From positions 210,001 to 242,000 of the forward strand of contig NC_018655.1 of NCBI RefSeq assembly GCF_000299365.1: a stretch of 32,000 nt of DNA, given 5' to 3'. A program made the translations under genes and the position numbers. Positions 18,337 through 27,340 of the stretch are shown piece by piece (within the stretch, counting starts at the first letter, position 1; every line of letters starts with the position of its first letter). The notes under the pieces were generated by a model, which worked only from the letters and a program-made list of their open reading frames with translations, was not told where the DNA came from and did not search any database. This DNA comes from Candidatus Nitrosopumilus koreensis AR1. GTDB taxonomy: Archaea > Thermoproteota > Nitrososphaeria > Nitrososphaerales > Nitrosopumilaceae.

Positions 18337-19803
18337 TTACAATTTTTGTAAATAATCTAAAATCAATCTTACTCCAAAGCCTGTTGCTCCTTTTGGATTG
18401 TAAGATTTTTCTTTTGTAGCTGTCTGTGTCCAAGCAACCCCTGCAATATCCAAATGTGTCCATGGTGTGTTTTCAATAGCATTTCTTAAGAATGCGGCAG
18501 CAGTTATTGTTCCAGCTGCCCTGCCTATGCCAATATTTTTCATGTCGGCCACATCTGATTTTATCATATCCATGAACTCTTGATTTAATGGAAGCTCCCA
18601 AATTTGCTCCGTAGTATTTTTTGATGACTCAAAAATCTTCTTTGAGAGTTTTTCATTGTTTGAAACCATTCCTGCTACGTTAGTACCTAATGCTATAATA
18701 CATGCTCCAGTCAAAGTTGCAAAGTCGATTATTGCTTTAGGCGAATAATGTTTTTCACCATATGCTAGCGCATCAGCTAAAATCAGTCTTCCTTCAGCAT
18801 CTGTGTTGAGAATTTCAGCTGTTTTTCCATTGTATAGTTTTATGATGTCTCCTGGTCTGTATGATTCTCCGCCTGGCATATTTTCGACAGATGGAATAAT
18901 TCCAATTACATTAATTGGTAATTTTAATTCCGAAACTGCTTTCATAATTCCTAAAACTGTACAGCCACCACACTTGTCAAATTTCATTTCATCCATGTTT
19001 GCACCTGGTTTTAATGAAATTCCTCCTGTGTCAAATGTTACTGCCTTACCAACAAGTACAATCGGTTTTTCATTTCTTGAACCTTTGTTGTGTTCTAGAA
19101 TAATTAATTTGGGTTCATTTTTACTTCCTTGCCCAACGGCTGAAATTCCACCAAAACCTTTCTTTTTTAATTCTGGTTTTGAGATAATTTTACATTTCAT
19201 TTTATTTTTTGCAATTGTTTTTGCAAAATTTGCTAACGTTGATGGTGTACACTCATTTGGAGGCAAATTGGCAATACTCTTTGTAAATATTGCACCTTCT
19301 GCAACAATTTCTGCTGTTTTTATTGCTTGTAAAACATTCTTTGATTTTGAAACAATTATTGTTAAATCTGGAGACTTTTCTTCTTTTTCAGCCTTAAATT
19401 TTTCAAATTTGTAAAGCGCCATCTTTACTCCTTCAACAATTTGTGATGCTGCTGAAATTTGATTAATTACAAAAGTAGGAGGGGTAATTATTGAAAACTC
19501 TTTTAATTTTAATTCTCGTGCTTTTTGAGCAATTTTACCTGAAATTTGCCTAAATGTGTCATTTGTAACATCTTCTTTTTTACCAATACCTGCAATTAAG
19601 ATTCTTTGAAATTGTTTTTTTCCTGTAATTGGAATAATTGTAATTTTACCCAATTTTCCTTCAATGTCGTTGAGTGATTGATTTATAGCTGATGTGGTTT
19701 TTGCATCCAGTTTTGGTAAACCTAAAACTTTACCTGATTTCTCTAAGGCAAATCCACAAAGAAGTTGTGTTTTTTTTGGAGAATTTTCTACTCTTATCTT
19801 CAC
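18337..19803 (-). CDS. pepA: Leucyl aminopeptidase (M17)
   Basis: VGKAVTFDTGGISLKP and NTDAEGRLILADAL, the M17 signatures. Confidence 0.94.
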   Translation of the reverse strand: MKIRVENSPKKTQLLCGFALEKSGKVLGLPKLDAKTTSAINQSLNDIEGKLGKITIIPITGKKQFQRILIAGIGKKEDVTNDTFRQISGKIAQKARELKLKEFSIITPPTFVINQISAASQIVEGVKMALYKFEKFKAEKEEKSPDLTIIVSKSKNVLQAIKTAEIVAEGAIFTKSIANLPPNECTPSTLANFAKTIAKNKMKCKIISKPELKKKGFGGISAVGQGSKNEPKLIILEHNKGSRNEKPIVLVGKAVTFDTGGISLKPGANMDEMKFDKCGGCTVLGIMKAVSELKLPINVIGIIPSVENMPGGESYRPGDIIKLYNGKTAEILNTDAEGRLILADALAYGEKHYSPKAIIDFATLTGACIIALGTNVAGMVSNNEKLSKKIFESSKNTTEQIWELPLNQEFMDMIKSDVADMKNIGIGRAAGTITAAAFLRNAIENTPWTHLDIAGVAWTQTATKEKSYNPKGATGFGVRLILDYLQKL

Positions 19804-19826
19804 GGTGATTCTTAATTTTTAGAGTC

Positions 19827-19988
19827 TTATTTAGATTTATGACTCTCTTGACTACATTCTCTAAGCATTTCATTGATCACTGATGAAAAACTTACAGTCG
19901 AAGATGTCTCTTTAATTTTTTTTGCTTGAATATTTCTAATTTTTTTGGCAACATCATCATCAATCATTATTGTTTTACGTTCTGACAT
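19827..19988 (-). CDS. 53-aa ribbon-helix-helix (CopG-like) protein (not in the ORF track)
   Basis: MSERKTIMIDDDVAKKIRNIQAKKIKETSSTVSFSSVINEMLRECSQESHKSK*: beta strand RKTIMIDDDVAKKI followed by two helices. Confidence 0.7.
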   Translation of the reverse strand: MSERKTIMIDDDVAKKIRNIQAKKIKETSSTVSFSSVINEMLRECSQESHKSK

Positions 19989-20032
19989 GAAAAATTCCGT
20001 AGTTATTCTGGTTAAAAATCTATTTTTGGTAA

Positions 20033-20323
20033 TTATTTATGAACTTCATCATAGTTTTTGATGATTCTACTATTGGAAATTAAACTTGATGATCTAACAA
20101 ATACTGCTTTAACCGTTTTACAATCTTGTGAACATTGTTCATTAATTTCATCTACAGAAAATTTTCTCACTCTATTTGAAAAAATTGTTTTTATCATTGG
20201 TAGTAATGCAGATCTACCACCATATGCTGCTTTTTCATCGATAAACCAAAACATGTCTAATGCAGATTCATCTAAAAATTTATCTCGTATTTTCTCACCT
20301 TCATTGGTGTAGTGTCCTACCAT
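20033..20323 (-). CDS. Hypothetical protein, 96 aa
   Basis: Open frame, same strand as the downstream RHH gene; no family recognised. Confidence 0.65.
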   Translation of the reverse strand: MVGHYTNEGEKIRDKFLDESALDMFWFIDEKAAYGGRSALLPMIKTIFSNRVRKFSVDEINEQCSQDCKTVKAVFVRSSSLISNSRIIKNYDEVHK

Positions 20324-20469
20324 CTTGATTTTCCCTCTGGCAAAAAAAATTCACAAATTTTGCAAATCTTACGCATAAATAACACTGATTATCAAAAACT
20401 ACAATTGGAAAATCCTCCTTGATATTCATATTATGATTACTCTGAAATTATCTAAAAATTTTGCCAATT

Positions 20470-20781
20470 TTACACAGTGGTATTTTGCTTGTGGTTTGGG
20501 AAGCATTCTCTGCAATAAACAGGTCTGTCTTCTTTTGGTTTGAATGGTACTTGGCATTCATTTCCACAATCACCGCATGTTGCCGTGTGCATTTCTCTTT
20601 GTCTGTTGAATCTTGTTCTGCCTCCAAATCTGTCTCCACTGCGTCTTTCTGGTCTGTGGTTTGGGAAGCATTCTCTGCAATAAACAGGTCTGTCTTCTTT
20701 TGGTTTGAATGGTACTTGGCATTCATTTCCACAATCACCGCATGTTGCCGTGTGCATTTCTCTTCTCTCTTCAAATGACAT
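20470..20781 (-). CDS. Double CxxC-x17-CxxC zinc-ribbon-like protein (103 aa)
   Basis: MSFEERREMHTATCGDCGNECQVPFKPKEDRPVYCRECFPNH, repeated once; start preferred at 20781. The track extension to 20949 is uncharacteristic sequence. Confidence 0.82.
   Translation of the reverse strand: MSFEERREMHTATCGDCGNECQVPFKPKEDRPVYCRECFPNHRPERRSGDRFGGRTRFNRQREMHTATCGDCGNECQVPFKPKEDRPVYCRECFPNHKQNTTV
20490..20764. repeat. Direct repeat, two identical 110-bp copies (20490-20599 and 20655-20764) with 165-bp period
   Basis: Base-by-base comparison of TGTGGTTTGGGAAGCATTCTCTGC...GCCGTGTGCATTTCTCTT shows no differences. Confidence 0.95.
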
Positions 20782-20938
20782 GTCTATCAAAAATTTGATA
20801 AATTCTGCTGTAATTAAACTATTGTAAACTCTAGATTTTTCTAAATGATATTCTGTTTTGATATTCTTTGATCTTTTACAATTTTTTCCGTGTTTGTTTA
20901 AGTAGATTTTTATTAAATTTACAGTAAAAACGATCGAT

Positions 20939-22606
20939 ATGGGGCTCAATTATTGTCAAATTAAGAAAAATATTCTAAGGGCCCGAAAATTAGTAATCAA
21001 AGCCACAAACACTGCTGGTTCTGGTCATCCTGGTGGTTCATTTTCCATGGCAGAAATTTTAGGTTGTTTATTTGGTAAATATTTGAAATTTGATCCTAAA
21101 AACCCACAATGGGAAGATCGAGATCGTTTAGTATTATCAAAAGGTCATGCATCTCCTGGCCTATTTTCTAACATGGCTGTTGCAGGATATTTCCCAGACT
21201 CAGAACTTGAAACTCTGAGAAAATTTGGGAGTAGATTACAAGGTCATCCTGATTTGAAATGTCCCGGTGTTGAATTTTGTGGAGGTTCTTTAGGTACTGG
21301 CCTGTCATATTCTGTAGGAATTGCACTAGCAGGAAAAATTGATTCTAAAGATTATCATGTCTATACGATTATTGGTGATGGAGAATCTGATGAAGGACAA
21401 GTTTGGGAAGCTGCAATGACTGCATCAAAATACAAAGTTGATAATCTTACTGCTTTTCTTGACCGAAATTTCATTCAACAAGATTCCTATACTGAAAAAA
21501 TTATGCCCCTTGATAAAAAATTAGAAAGTGATGATATTTCTGAAATGTGGAAAGATGCTTCTAGATGGAAGACTGGTGACAAATGGAGATCGTTTGGATG
21601 GAACGTAATTGAAATTGATGGACATAGGATAGAACAAATTGATTCAGCCATTAAAAAAGCAAATGCAACAAAAGGTGTACCTACAATAATTATCTCAAGA
21701 ACAATTAAAGGAAAATCTGTAGAGCACATGGAAGATAACCCTGCATGGCATGGTAAAGCCCCTGATTCTGATGTTGTGCCAATTATCAATCTTGAACTAG
21801 ATTCTCAATTTATGATTGCCCCATCAATTATTGCCGGCGATATGACTAATCTTGAAAATGAAATTAAACGATGTGTTGCAGGAAGAGCTGATTATATTCA
21901 TCTAGATGTGATGGATGGGCAATTTGTTCCAAACAAAACTTTTGATCATACTAAAATCAAAGAATTACGATCACTTACTGTAATCCCATTTGATTCTCAT
22001 TTGATGATTAATGAACCCGTAAAACATGTCAGAGATTACATTGATGCTGGTAGTGATATCATAACTGTACACGCAGAAGTGACTGATGAATCCAGTTTTG
22101 GAGAAATTCATGATTTATTAAAACAAAATCAAGTAGGTGTTGGATTTGCAATAAATCCTGATACTGATTTACCTGAATGGTCTTACAAATTTTTACCTTC
22201 ACTTGATCAGCTTATTGTAATGTCTGTAGTACCTGGAAAATCTGGACAAAAATACATTGAAGAAACACATGCAAAAATGGCTAGATTGAATTCAATACTA
22301 AAAGAACATAATTTTTCAGGATATATTGAGGCTGATGGAGGAGTGAATCTTGAAAATATTGGCTCAGTTTTTGCAGATGGTGCTCGTGCTTTTGTAGGTG
22401 GCGGTGCTATTGTTGGACAACAAGATGTACGTGCTGCAATTCGAGATTTTAGAAATGAGGTCTTAAAATCAAGAAGAGGAATTTTACTTGATAAAGCCAA
22501 TGAACTAGGTGGTGTTGAATTAGTAAACAAATGGATTGGACTTCATATTGTAGGGGAAAAACAGGACCAAATTAAAAAAATTGCAGAGGAGAAAGGATAC
22601 ATTTGA
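20939..22606 (+). CDS. Fusion: transketolase N-terminal (TPP-binding) half plus ribulose-phosphate 3-epimerase
   Basis: Residues 1 to about 285: AGSGHPGGSFSMAEIL, GDGESDEGQVWEAAM, NPAWHGKAPD. From about 290: APSIIAGDMTNLENEI...DYIHLDVMDGQFVPNKTF, SHLMI, VMSVVPGKSGQKYI, EADGGVN. One uninterrupted frame. Confidence 0.93.
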   Translation: MGLNYCQIKKNILRARKLVIKATNTAGSGHPGGSFSMAEILGCLFGKYLKFDPKNPQWEDRDRLVLSKGHASPGLFSNMAVAGYFPDSELETLRKFGSRLQGHPDLKCPGVEFCGGSLGTGLSYSVGIALAGKIDSKDYHVYTIIGDGESDEGQVWEAAMTASKYKVDNLTAFLDRNFIQQDSYTEKIMPLDKKLESDDISEMWKDASRWKTGDKWRSFGWNVIEIDGHRIEQIDSAIKKANATKGVPTIIISRTIKGKSVEHMEDNPAWHGKAPDSDVVPIINLELDSQFMIAPSIIAGDMTNLENEIKRCVAGRADYIHLDVMDGQFVPNKTFDHTKIKELRSLTVIPFDSHLMINEPVKHVRDYIDAGSDIITVHAEVTDESSFGEIHDLLKQNQVGVGFAINPDTDLPEWSYKFLPSLDQLIVMSVVPGKSGQKYIEETHAKMARLNSILKEHNFSGYIEADGGVNLENIGSVFADGARAFVGGGAIVGQQDVRAAIRDFRNEVLKSRRGILLDKANELGGVELVNKWIGLHIVGEKQDQIKKIAEEKGYI

Positions 22607-23577
22607 ATGAACCAGTAATGACTGACATGCGTTCCGAATATTCAAAGTCTTTAATCCAAATCGGAAAAGAAAATCCAAATGTTGTTGTGTTGGGAGCTGA
22701 TACAACTGATTCATTAAAAACCTCGGAATTTGGAAAAGAATTTCCAAATAGGTTTTTCAATGTTGGAATTGCAGAAGCAAACCTTGTAACAACTTCTGCT
22801 GGATTGGCAGTATCTGGCAAAATACCTTTTGCAAGTACTTATGCTATATTTTTACCCGGAAGAGCAGTTGATCAAATTAGAAATAATGTAGCTTATCCTT
22901 CTCCACCTGGAAAAAAAGGCCTTAATGTAAAATTTGTTGTTTCACATGGTGGTTTGTCTGTTGGACCCGATGGAGGCTCGCATCAACAAATTGAAGATAT
23001 AGGAATTATGAGAGTCATTCCAAATTTCCGAGTTTTTATTCCTGCAGATACAATTGCAGTTTCTAAACTAACATTTTTGATGGCCAATGAATATGGACCG
23101 TTTTACATGCGAATGGCAAGATCAAAAACCCCTGTAGTTCATTCTGAATCTCAGAACTTTGAAACTGGAAAAGGGATAACTCTTAGGGATGGTTCTGATT
23201 GCACAATTGCTGCATGTGGTATAACTGTACGAATGGCTTTAGAAGCTGCTGAAACACTTCAACAAGAAGGAATTTCCTGTAGGGTTTTAGATATGTTTTC
23301 AATAAAACCAATCGATAATGAAATTTTAGAAAAAGCTGCTCGTGAAACTGGATGTATTGTCACAGCTGAAGAACACAATATTATGGCAGGAATGGGTTCT
23401 GCTGTAGCTGAATCTGTTTCTGAATCTTACCCTGTACCTATCAAAAGAATTGGGGCTCAAGATATGTTTGGAGAATCTGCTAGAGACCCGGAAATCCCTC
23501 TACTCTTAGAAAAGCATGGAATAACATCTTTTAATATGGTAAAACAAGTCAAAGAAATTAGGAGTAAAAAACTATGA
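22603..23577 (+). CDS. Transketolase C-terminal half (pyrimidine-binding plus C-terminal domain)
   Basis: VVVLGADTTDSLKT...RFFNVGIAEANLVTTSAGLAVSGKIPFASTYAIF...VSHGGLSVGPDGGSHQQIEDI. TTG at 22603 or ATG at 22618 as start. Confidence 0.92.
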   Translation: MNEPVMTDMRSEYSKSLIQIGKENPNVVVLGADTTDSLKTSEFGKEFPNRFFNVGIAEANLVTTSAGLAVSGKIPFASTYAIFLPGRAVDQIRNNVAYPSPPGKKGLNVKFVVSHGGLSVGPDGGSHQQIEDIGIMRVIPNFRVFIPADTIAVSKLTFLMANEYGPFYMRMARSKTPVVHSESQNFETGKGITLRDGSDCTIAACGITVRMALEAAETLQQEGISCRVLDMFSIKPIDNEILEKAARETGCIVTAEEHNIMAGMGSAVAESVSESYPVPIKRIGAQDMFGESARDPEIPLLLEKHGITSFNMVKQVKEIRSKKL

Positions 23578-24239
23578 AAATTTTTCTTGACACTGCCAAT
23601 TTAGAATCAATCAAAAAATTTAACGACATGGGGTTGCTTGATGGGATCACTACTAACCCATCTTTGATGTCAAAAGAAGGCGGTAACCCAAAAGATGCAA
23701 TGGAAGAAATTACAAAAATTATCAAGGGTGATGTTAGTTTGGAAGTTGTTAGCACTGAATTTTCTGGAATGATTGATGAGGGAAAACGACTACGTGAATA
23801 TGGAAACAACGTTGTTGTTAAAGTTCCTATGACTCCTGATGGCCTAAAAGCATGCAAGTTACTTTCTTCTGAAGGAATTCCTGTAAATGTAACCTTGGTC
23901 TTTTCTCCAAATCAAGCTTTGCTTGCTGCAAAGTCTGGTGCAAAATATGTCAGTCCATTTATAGGAAGATTAGATGATATTGGCCAAGATGGAATGAATT
24001 TGATTAAAGAAATAAAGATAATTTTTTCAAATTATAACTTTGCAACTGAAATACTAGTTGCAAGTGTTCGTCATCCAATGCATGTGGTTGAAGCTGCAAA
24101 AATTGGAGCTGATGTGGTGACTTTGCCTCCTGGAGTATTAGATAAAATGCTTCAACATCCATTAACAAAAATTGGTTTAGAAAACTTTCTCAAAGATTGG
24201 GAAAAAGTCAAATCTGAAAATCCTGATGTCAAAATCTAA
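23574..24239 (+). CDS. tal: Transaldolase / fructose-6-phosphate aldolase-like (small TalC/MipB type)
   Basis: MKIFLDTANLESIKKFNDMGLLDGITTNPSLMSKEG, VVVKVPMT, VNVTLVFSPNQALLAAKSGAKYVSPFIGRLDDIGQDG. Confidence 0.93.
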   Translation: MKIFLDTANLESIKKFNDMGLLDGITTNPSLMSKEGGNPKDAMEEITKIIKGDVSLEVVSTEFSGMIDEGKRLREYGNNVVVKVPMTPDGLKACKLLSSEGIPVNVTLVFSPNQALLAAKSGAKYVSPFIGRLDDIGQDGMNLIKEIKIIFSNYNFATEILVASVRHPMHVVEAAKIGADVVTLPPGVLDKMLQHPLTKIGLENFLKDWEKVKSENPDVKI

Positions 24240-24288
24240 GATTGTCTTTGTTTAAAACAAAACCATAAAAATAAAGTTTTGAGGAAAT

Positions 24289-24561
24289 TTAGGATGAACC
24301 TTTATTCTTACTCTTTCTAGAACCTGTTCCTCTGCCTGTAACTCTAGTCATTCCTTCTGTTGATGGTCTAGCTTTTGGATCTGGCATATCGCCGAGTTTT
24401 CTAGAACCTGTTCCTCTGCCTGTGTGTACCATTCTGTTTGAGGCAGCTTTCTTTCTTGCCTCTTGAATTTTCCTAAATTCGTCGCCTGACCATTTTTTGG
24501 GATCATCGTCAACTTCAATAGTTCCTGTTCCCCTTCCAGTTCGTATTCTGATTTTACCCAT
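24289..24561 (-). CDS. 90-aa basic protein with three TGRGTG motifs, unknown function
   Basis: MGKIRIRTGRGTGTIEVDDD...NRMVHTGRGTGSRKLGD...MTRVTGRGTGSRKSKNKGSS; intact ORF with a codon-plausible composition. Confidence 0.75.
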   Translation of the reverse strand: MGKIRIRTGRGTGTIEVDDDPKKWSGDEFRKIQEARKKAASNRMVHTGRGTGSRKLGDMPDPKARPSTEGMTRVTGRGTGSRKSKNKGSS

Positions 24562-24713
24562 AAAATTAGTTAAATTATCTGGTATTTATCTAAGCTTATT
24601 TTCTACCTGCAAATTTTCCAATCTATTTTGAAATTTCTATTAAAAAGTCTAATTTCTTTTGGAATCAAATATTAGAGTCAAATTGTATATTTTTGTAATC
24701 TCTTGGTGATCTT

Positions 24714-25496
24714 GTGAAAAAAATTCTTTATTTTATTCTTCCAGTAATTGCATTTGTTTTAATTTTCACAAATGCATTTTTTGGTCATCTGATATTTGAA
24801 TCACCTTATGACCAAGATATTAACAAATATTCTATCTATGTACATCTTCAAGATGAATGGAATAGCCATCCTGGAAATATTTTGTTTGATGTCACAAATG
24901 TTTGGTCAAATTCATCTTCTGATGATGTATATTTTGCAGATCCTTCTGATATTACCACTCTGACTAACTATAATTCTAACCAACTACAATTCCAAAACAA
25001 TAAACCTTACGTTGAATTAAAGCATGAATTCAGCAATTGTGAATCAAGTTGGAAACCAATGTTGTATAGATTTGTAATTGATTCTGTACGCCAAAAAATT
25101 GAACTTGTAAAAGGTACGCAATTAAATGATGATCCATATATCACGATTTTGCCAAATATAGAAATTAAAAAACAAACTACCTCTGAATCATATGCGCAGT
25201 TTATACCAATATGTACTTCAAATGAATCTACCTCATACGAGTTTTCAATTTCAATAAATGATAACAATTCGTGGTTCGATGTTTATTTTGTAGATTCAGA
25301 AAAACAATTAGAAAATTATCTAAATTCTGAAACATTCAATTATTATGATGGCGAAGGCTGTTCTGCACAAAATTATCAAAGCTTTAGTGGAGAATGTGAT
25401 GATGTAGGAAATAATTCTGGTCTTTTAATCATCATACCTGACAATTTAGAACAATCGTTAACTAAGGTTAGGGTGAATATGCATGAAACGCTATGA
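24714..25496 (+). CDS. Predicted membrane-anchored/exported protein, unknown function (GTG start)
   Basis: N-terminal hydrophobic segment MKKILYFILPVIAFVLIFTNAFFG followed by a polar extracytoplasmic-like region. Confidence 0.65.
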   Translation: MKKILYFILPVIAFVLIFTNAFFGHLIFESPYDQDINKYSIYVHLQDEWNSHPGNILFDVTNVWSNSSSDDVYFADPSDITTLTNYNSNQLQFQNNKPYVELKHEFSNCESSWKPMLYRFVIDSVRQKIELVKGTQLNDDPYITILPNIEIKKQTTSESYAQFIPICTSNESTSYEFSISINDNNSWFDVYFVDSEKQLENYLNSETFNYYDGEGCSAQNYQSFSGECDDVGNNSGLLIIIPDNLEQSLTKVRVNMHETL

Positions 25497-25501
25497 TCCT
25501 A

Positions 25502-26533
25502 TTAGTTGTTGATCCAGCCTAACTTTTTGAAATATGTGAACATCATGATTGCTGGAATTGCTGATGCAAGAATCACAATTATGAAAGTTGTAAATGGACC
25601 TAAGAACATTGGATTTTCTCCAATACCTCCTGGTAAGTTTACGTTCATTCCATAAAATGTTCCAATAACTGTTGCTGGAATTGCTAGCGTGAATATGATA
25701 GTTAAAACTGCAAGCACTTTGTTTGTTTTTTCTGTACTTAACACAAAATCGGTATCTTTGTAAATCTCCATTGTTTCTCTTGATTCTTCTAATGTTTCAA
25801 TTACTTTGTCTATGTGATCAATAATGTCGTCAAAATACAGTGAAAGGTCCTCTTCATCTCTCTCTGAAAATCTCTTTACATTTTTTGTTATTTCTAAAAC
25901 AAATTTCTTTAGTGGATTAGCTATTCTTCTTAATCTGTTAATCTCTCTTCTGAGTAATGCAATACTCCTAGCTACTGGTTTTGTTTCATCAAATACTCTG
26001 TCTTCAATTTCGTCTAAATTGGCAATCATCTTTCTGGAAGTGTGTAAAAGGTCATCTACTAACACATCTATAATTTCGTGAAGTAATAATCCTGAAGTTT
26101 TTTGCAATATTCTAGTTTTTCGTTGTTCGTCTGAATCTGATTTACAAATATCTACTAATTCTACAAGTGGTTTGAGATCTCCTTGGTGAACTGTCACTAG
26201 AAAATCTTTTCCTACAAATATGGATAATTGACTATTTTTTGAAATTCCAAGTTTTTGGGCAAGTGGTGGAAAATGAAGAATTACAAAGAAATGATCATCA
26301 TAACTATCTAATTTTGGAAGCTCAAATTTTGTCATACAGTCTTCAATGTTTAAAGCATTGAAATTGTATTTTTTAGCTAGTTCTTCTACATCTTTTCTGT
26401 CTGGATTTTGCAAATCAATCCATACAAATTTTTCAGATTGTATTGTCTCTGTCTTTTTTTCAATAGGACTCTCTATGGATTTTCTACTTGAACGTAATCT
26501 ATTTGGGATTAGTCCTTTTCTCATGTCGAACAA
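25502..26533 (-). CDS. corA: CorA-family divalent metal transporter
   Basis: C-terminal FYGMNVNLPGG (GMN motif) plus two terminal TM helices and a coiled-coil N-domain. Confidence 0.93.
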   Translation of the reverse strand: MFDMRKGLIPNRLRSSRKSIESPIEKKTETIQSEKFVWIDLQNPDRKDVEELAKKYNFNALNIEDCMTKFELPKLDSYDDHFFVILHFPPLAQKLGISKNSQLSIFVGKDFLVTVHQGDLKPLVELVDICKSDSDEQRKTRILQKTSGLLLHEIIDVLVDDLLHTSRKMIANLDEIEDRVFDETKPVARSIALLRREINRLRRIANPLKKFVLEITKNVKRFSERDEEDLSLYFDDIIDHIDKVIETLEESRETMEIYKDTDFVLSTEKTNKVLAVLTIIFTLAIPATVIGTFYGMNVNLPGGIGENPMFLGPFTTFIIVILASAIPAIMMFTYFKKLGWINN

Positions 26534-26630
26534 TACCCTGATACAACAAATTTAAAGCGATCGTTAGTAATTGTATAAAACCTATAATTGATTACGAACT
26601 GGAAAAATAAACCAGAATTTCAGGCTCTGA

Positions 26631-26711
26631 CTACTTGTATGGAAGTAAATACATTCCACCGTAATATGTTAGTCCGATTGTAATGGCCATTGCAATCCAC
26701 CAAAATCTCAT
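26631..26711 (-). CDS. Candidate 26-aa single-TM micropeptide (not in the ORF track)
   Basis: ATG AGA TTT TGG TGG ... AAG TAG = MRFWWIAMAITIGLTYYGGMYLLPYK*; A/T-rich TATA-like TTTATTAT about 28 nt upstream. Confidence 0.4.
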   Translation of the reverse strand: MRFWWIAMAITIGLTYYGGMYLLPYK

Positions 26712-26804
26712 AATGTAAATTCCACATAGTCAATAATAAATCTACAGTCTGATTTTCATAAAAAATCAAAGATTATTACAGGATAGTTTATTTTTCTAAT
26801 ATGT

Positions 26805-26877
26805 GGCCTTCGTAGTACAGTGGTTAGTATAGAGGATTGTGGATCCTCGGACAGGAGTTCGATTCCCCTCGAGGGCC
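26805..26877 (+). tRNA. tRNA-His(GTG), G-1 apparently encoded
   Basis: G-1 + GCCTTCG/CGAGGGC acceptor + C73; anticodon arm GAGGA-TTGTGGA-TCCTC; T-arm AGGAG-TTCGATT-CCCCT (one A:C mismatch); D-arm GTAC/GTAT. Confidence 0.92.
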
Positions 26878-26952
26878 CGCTTAATTATTTTACACTGATT
26901 TTTGTTAGAGATGTACTTATTTCGTTAGGATCTTTGACTGAACCTTTTAGTA

Positions 26953-27321
26953 TCAAAATATTCCAAACTTACTTGATTCCATTTCTTCCTTTATGGCAAG
27001 CTTGAATCTAGGTGATTTACTTTCTAGATTACTAGTCAACCATGTCAGAAACTTCTTTTCTGTCCCTTTTCCCTTTAGCTTCTCAAAGTCAGGACCCATC
27101 ATATCAACTAATTTTTGAATGAGTGATCTATTTACACTCAATACAAAAAAATGCCATCCAAACGCGAATTCTGAGTCTGTCATGACAAAATCTTCTTCCC
27201 CGTGAACCATTTCTTCTAAAAGTGATAATTGCCTAGTTAGTGCTTTACTTGTTTTATCATAATCCACTGCTGATACGTTAATGTGCATTCTTCCATCCAT
27301 GATTGATTTATGTAAAAACAA
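26953..27321 (-). CDS. Hypothetical protein, 122 aa
   Basis: Intact ORF with no recognised family; occupies an otherwise empty interval. Confidence 0.6.
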   Translation of the reverse strand: MFLHKSIMDGRMHINVSAVDYDKTSKALTRQLSLLEEMVHGEEDFVMTDSEFAFGWHFFVLSVNRSLIQKLVDMMGPDFEKLKGKGTEKKFLTWLTSNLESKSPRFKLAIKEEMESSKFGIF

Positions 27322-27340
27322 AATAAAAGGATTACATGGA

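Noticed and set aside
18803-19414. 203-aa plus-strand ORF antisense to pepA
   Set aside because: It lies entirely inside a well-supported M17 aminopeptidase gene, has no recognised motifs, and looks like a mirror-frame artefact. The same applies to other antisense ORFs such as 253-492, 2364-2822, 8958-9194, 22207-22530 and 30889-31302.
20448-20949. Overlapping ORFs (20448-20774 minus, 20461-20778 plus) and the N-terminal extension to 20949 around the 110-bp repeat
   Set aside because: They are alternative frames created by the repeat having a period divisible by 3. The Cys-rich frame starting at 20781 is the one with a coherent domain pattern.
20939-22606. TKT-RPE fusion as a frameshift or assembly artefact
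   Set aside because: Both domains are complete, share one uninterrupted frame, and the downstream transketolase half is spaced normally (4-bp overlap). Independent confirmation is still advisable.
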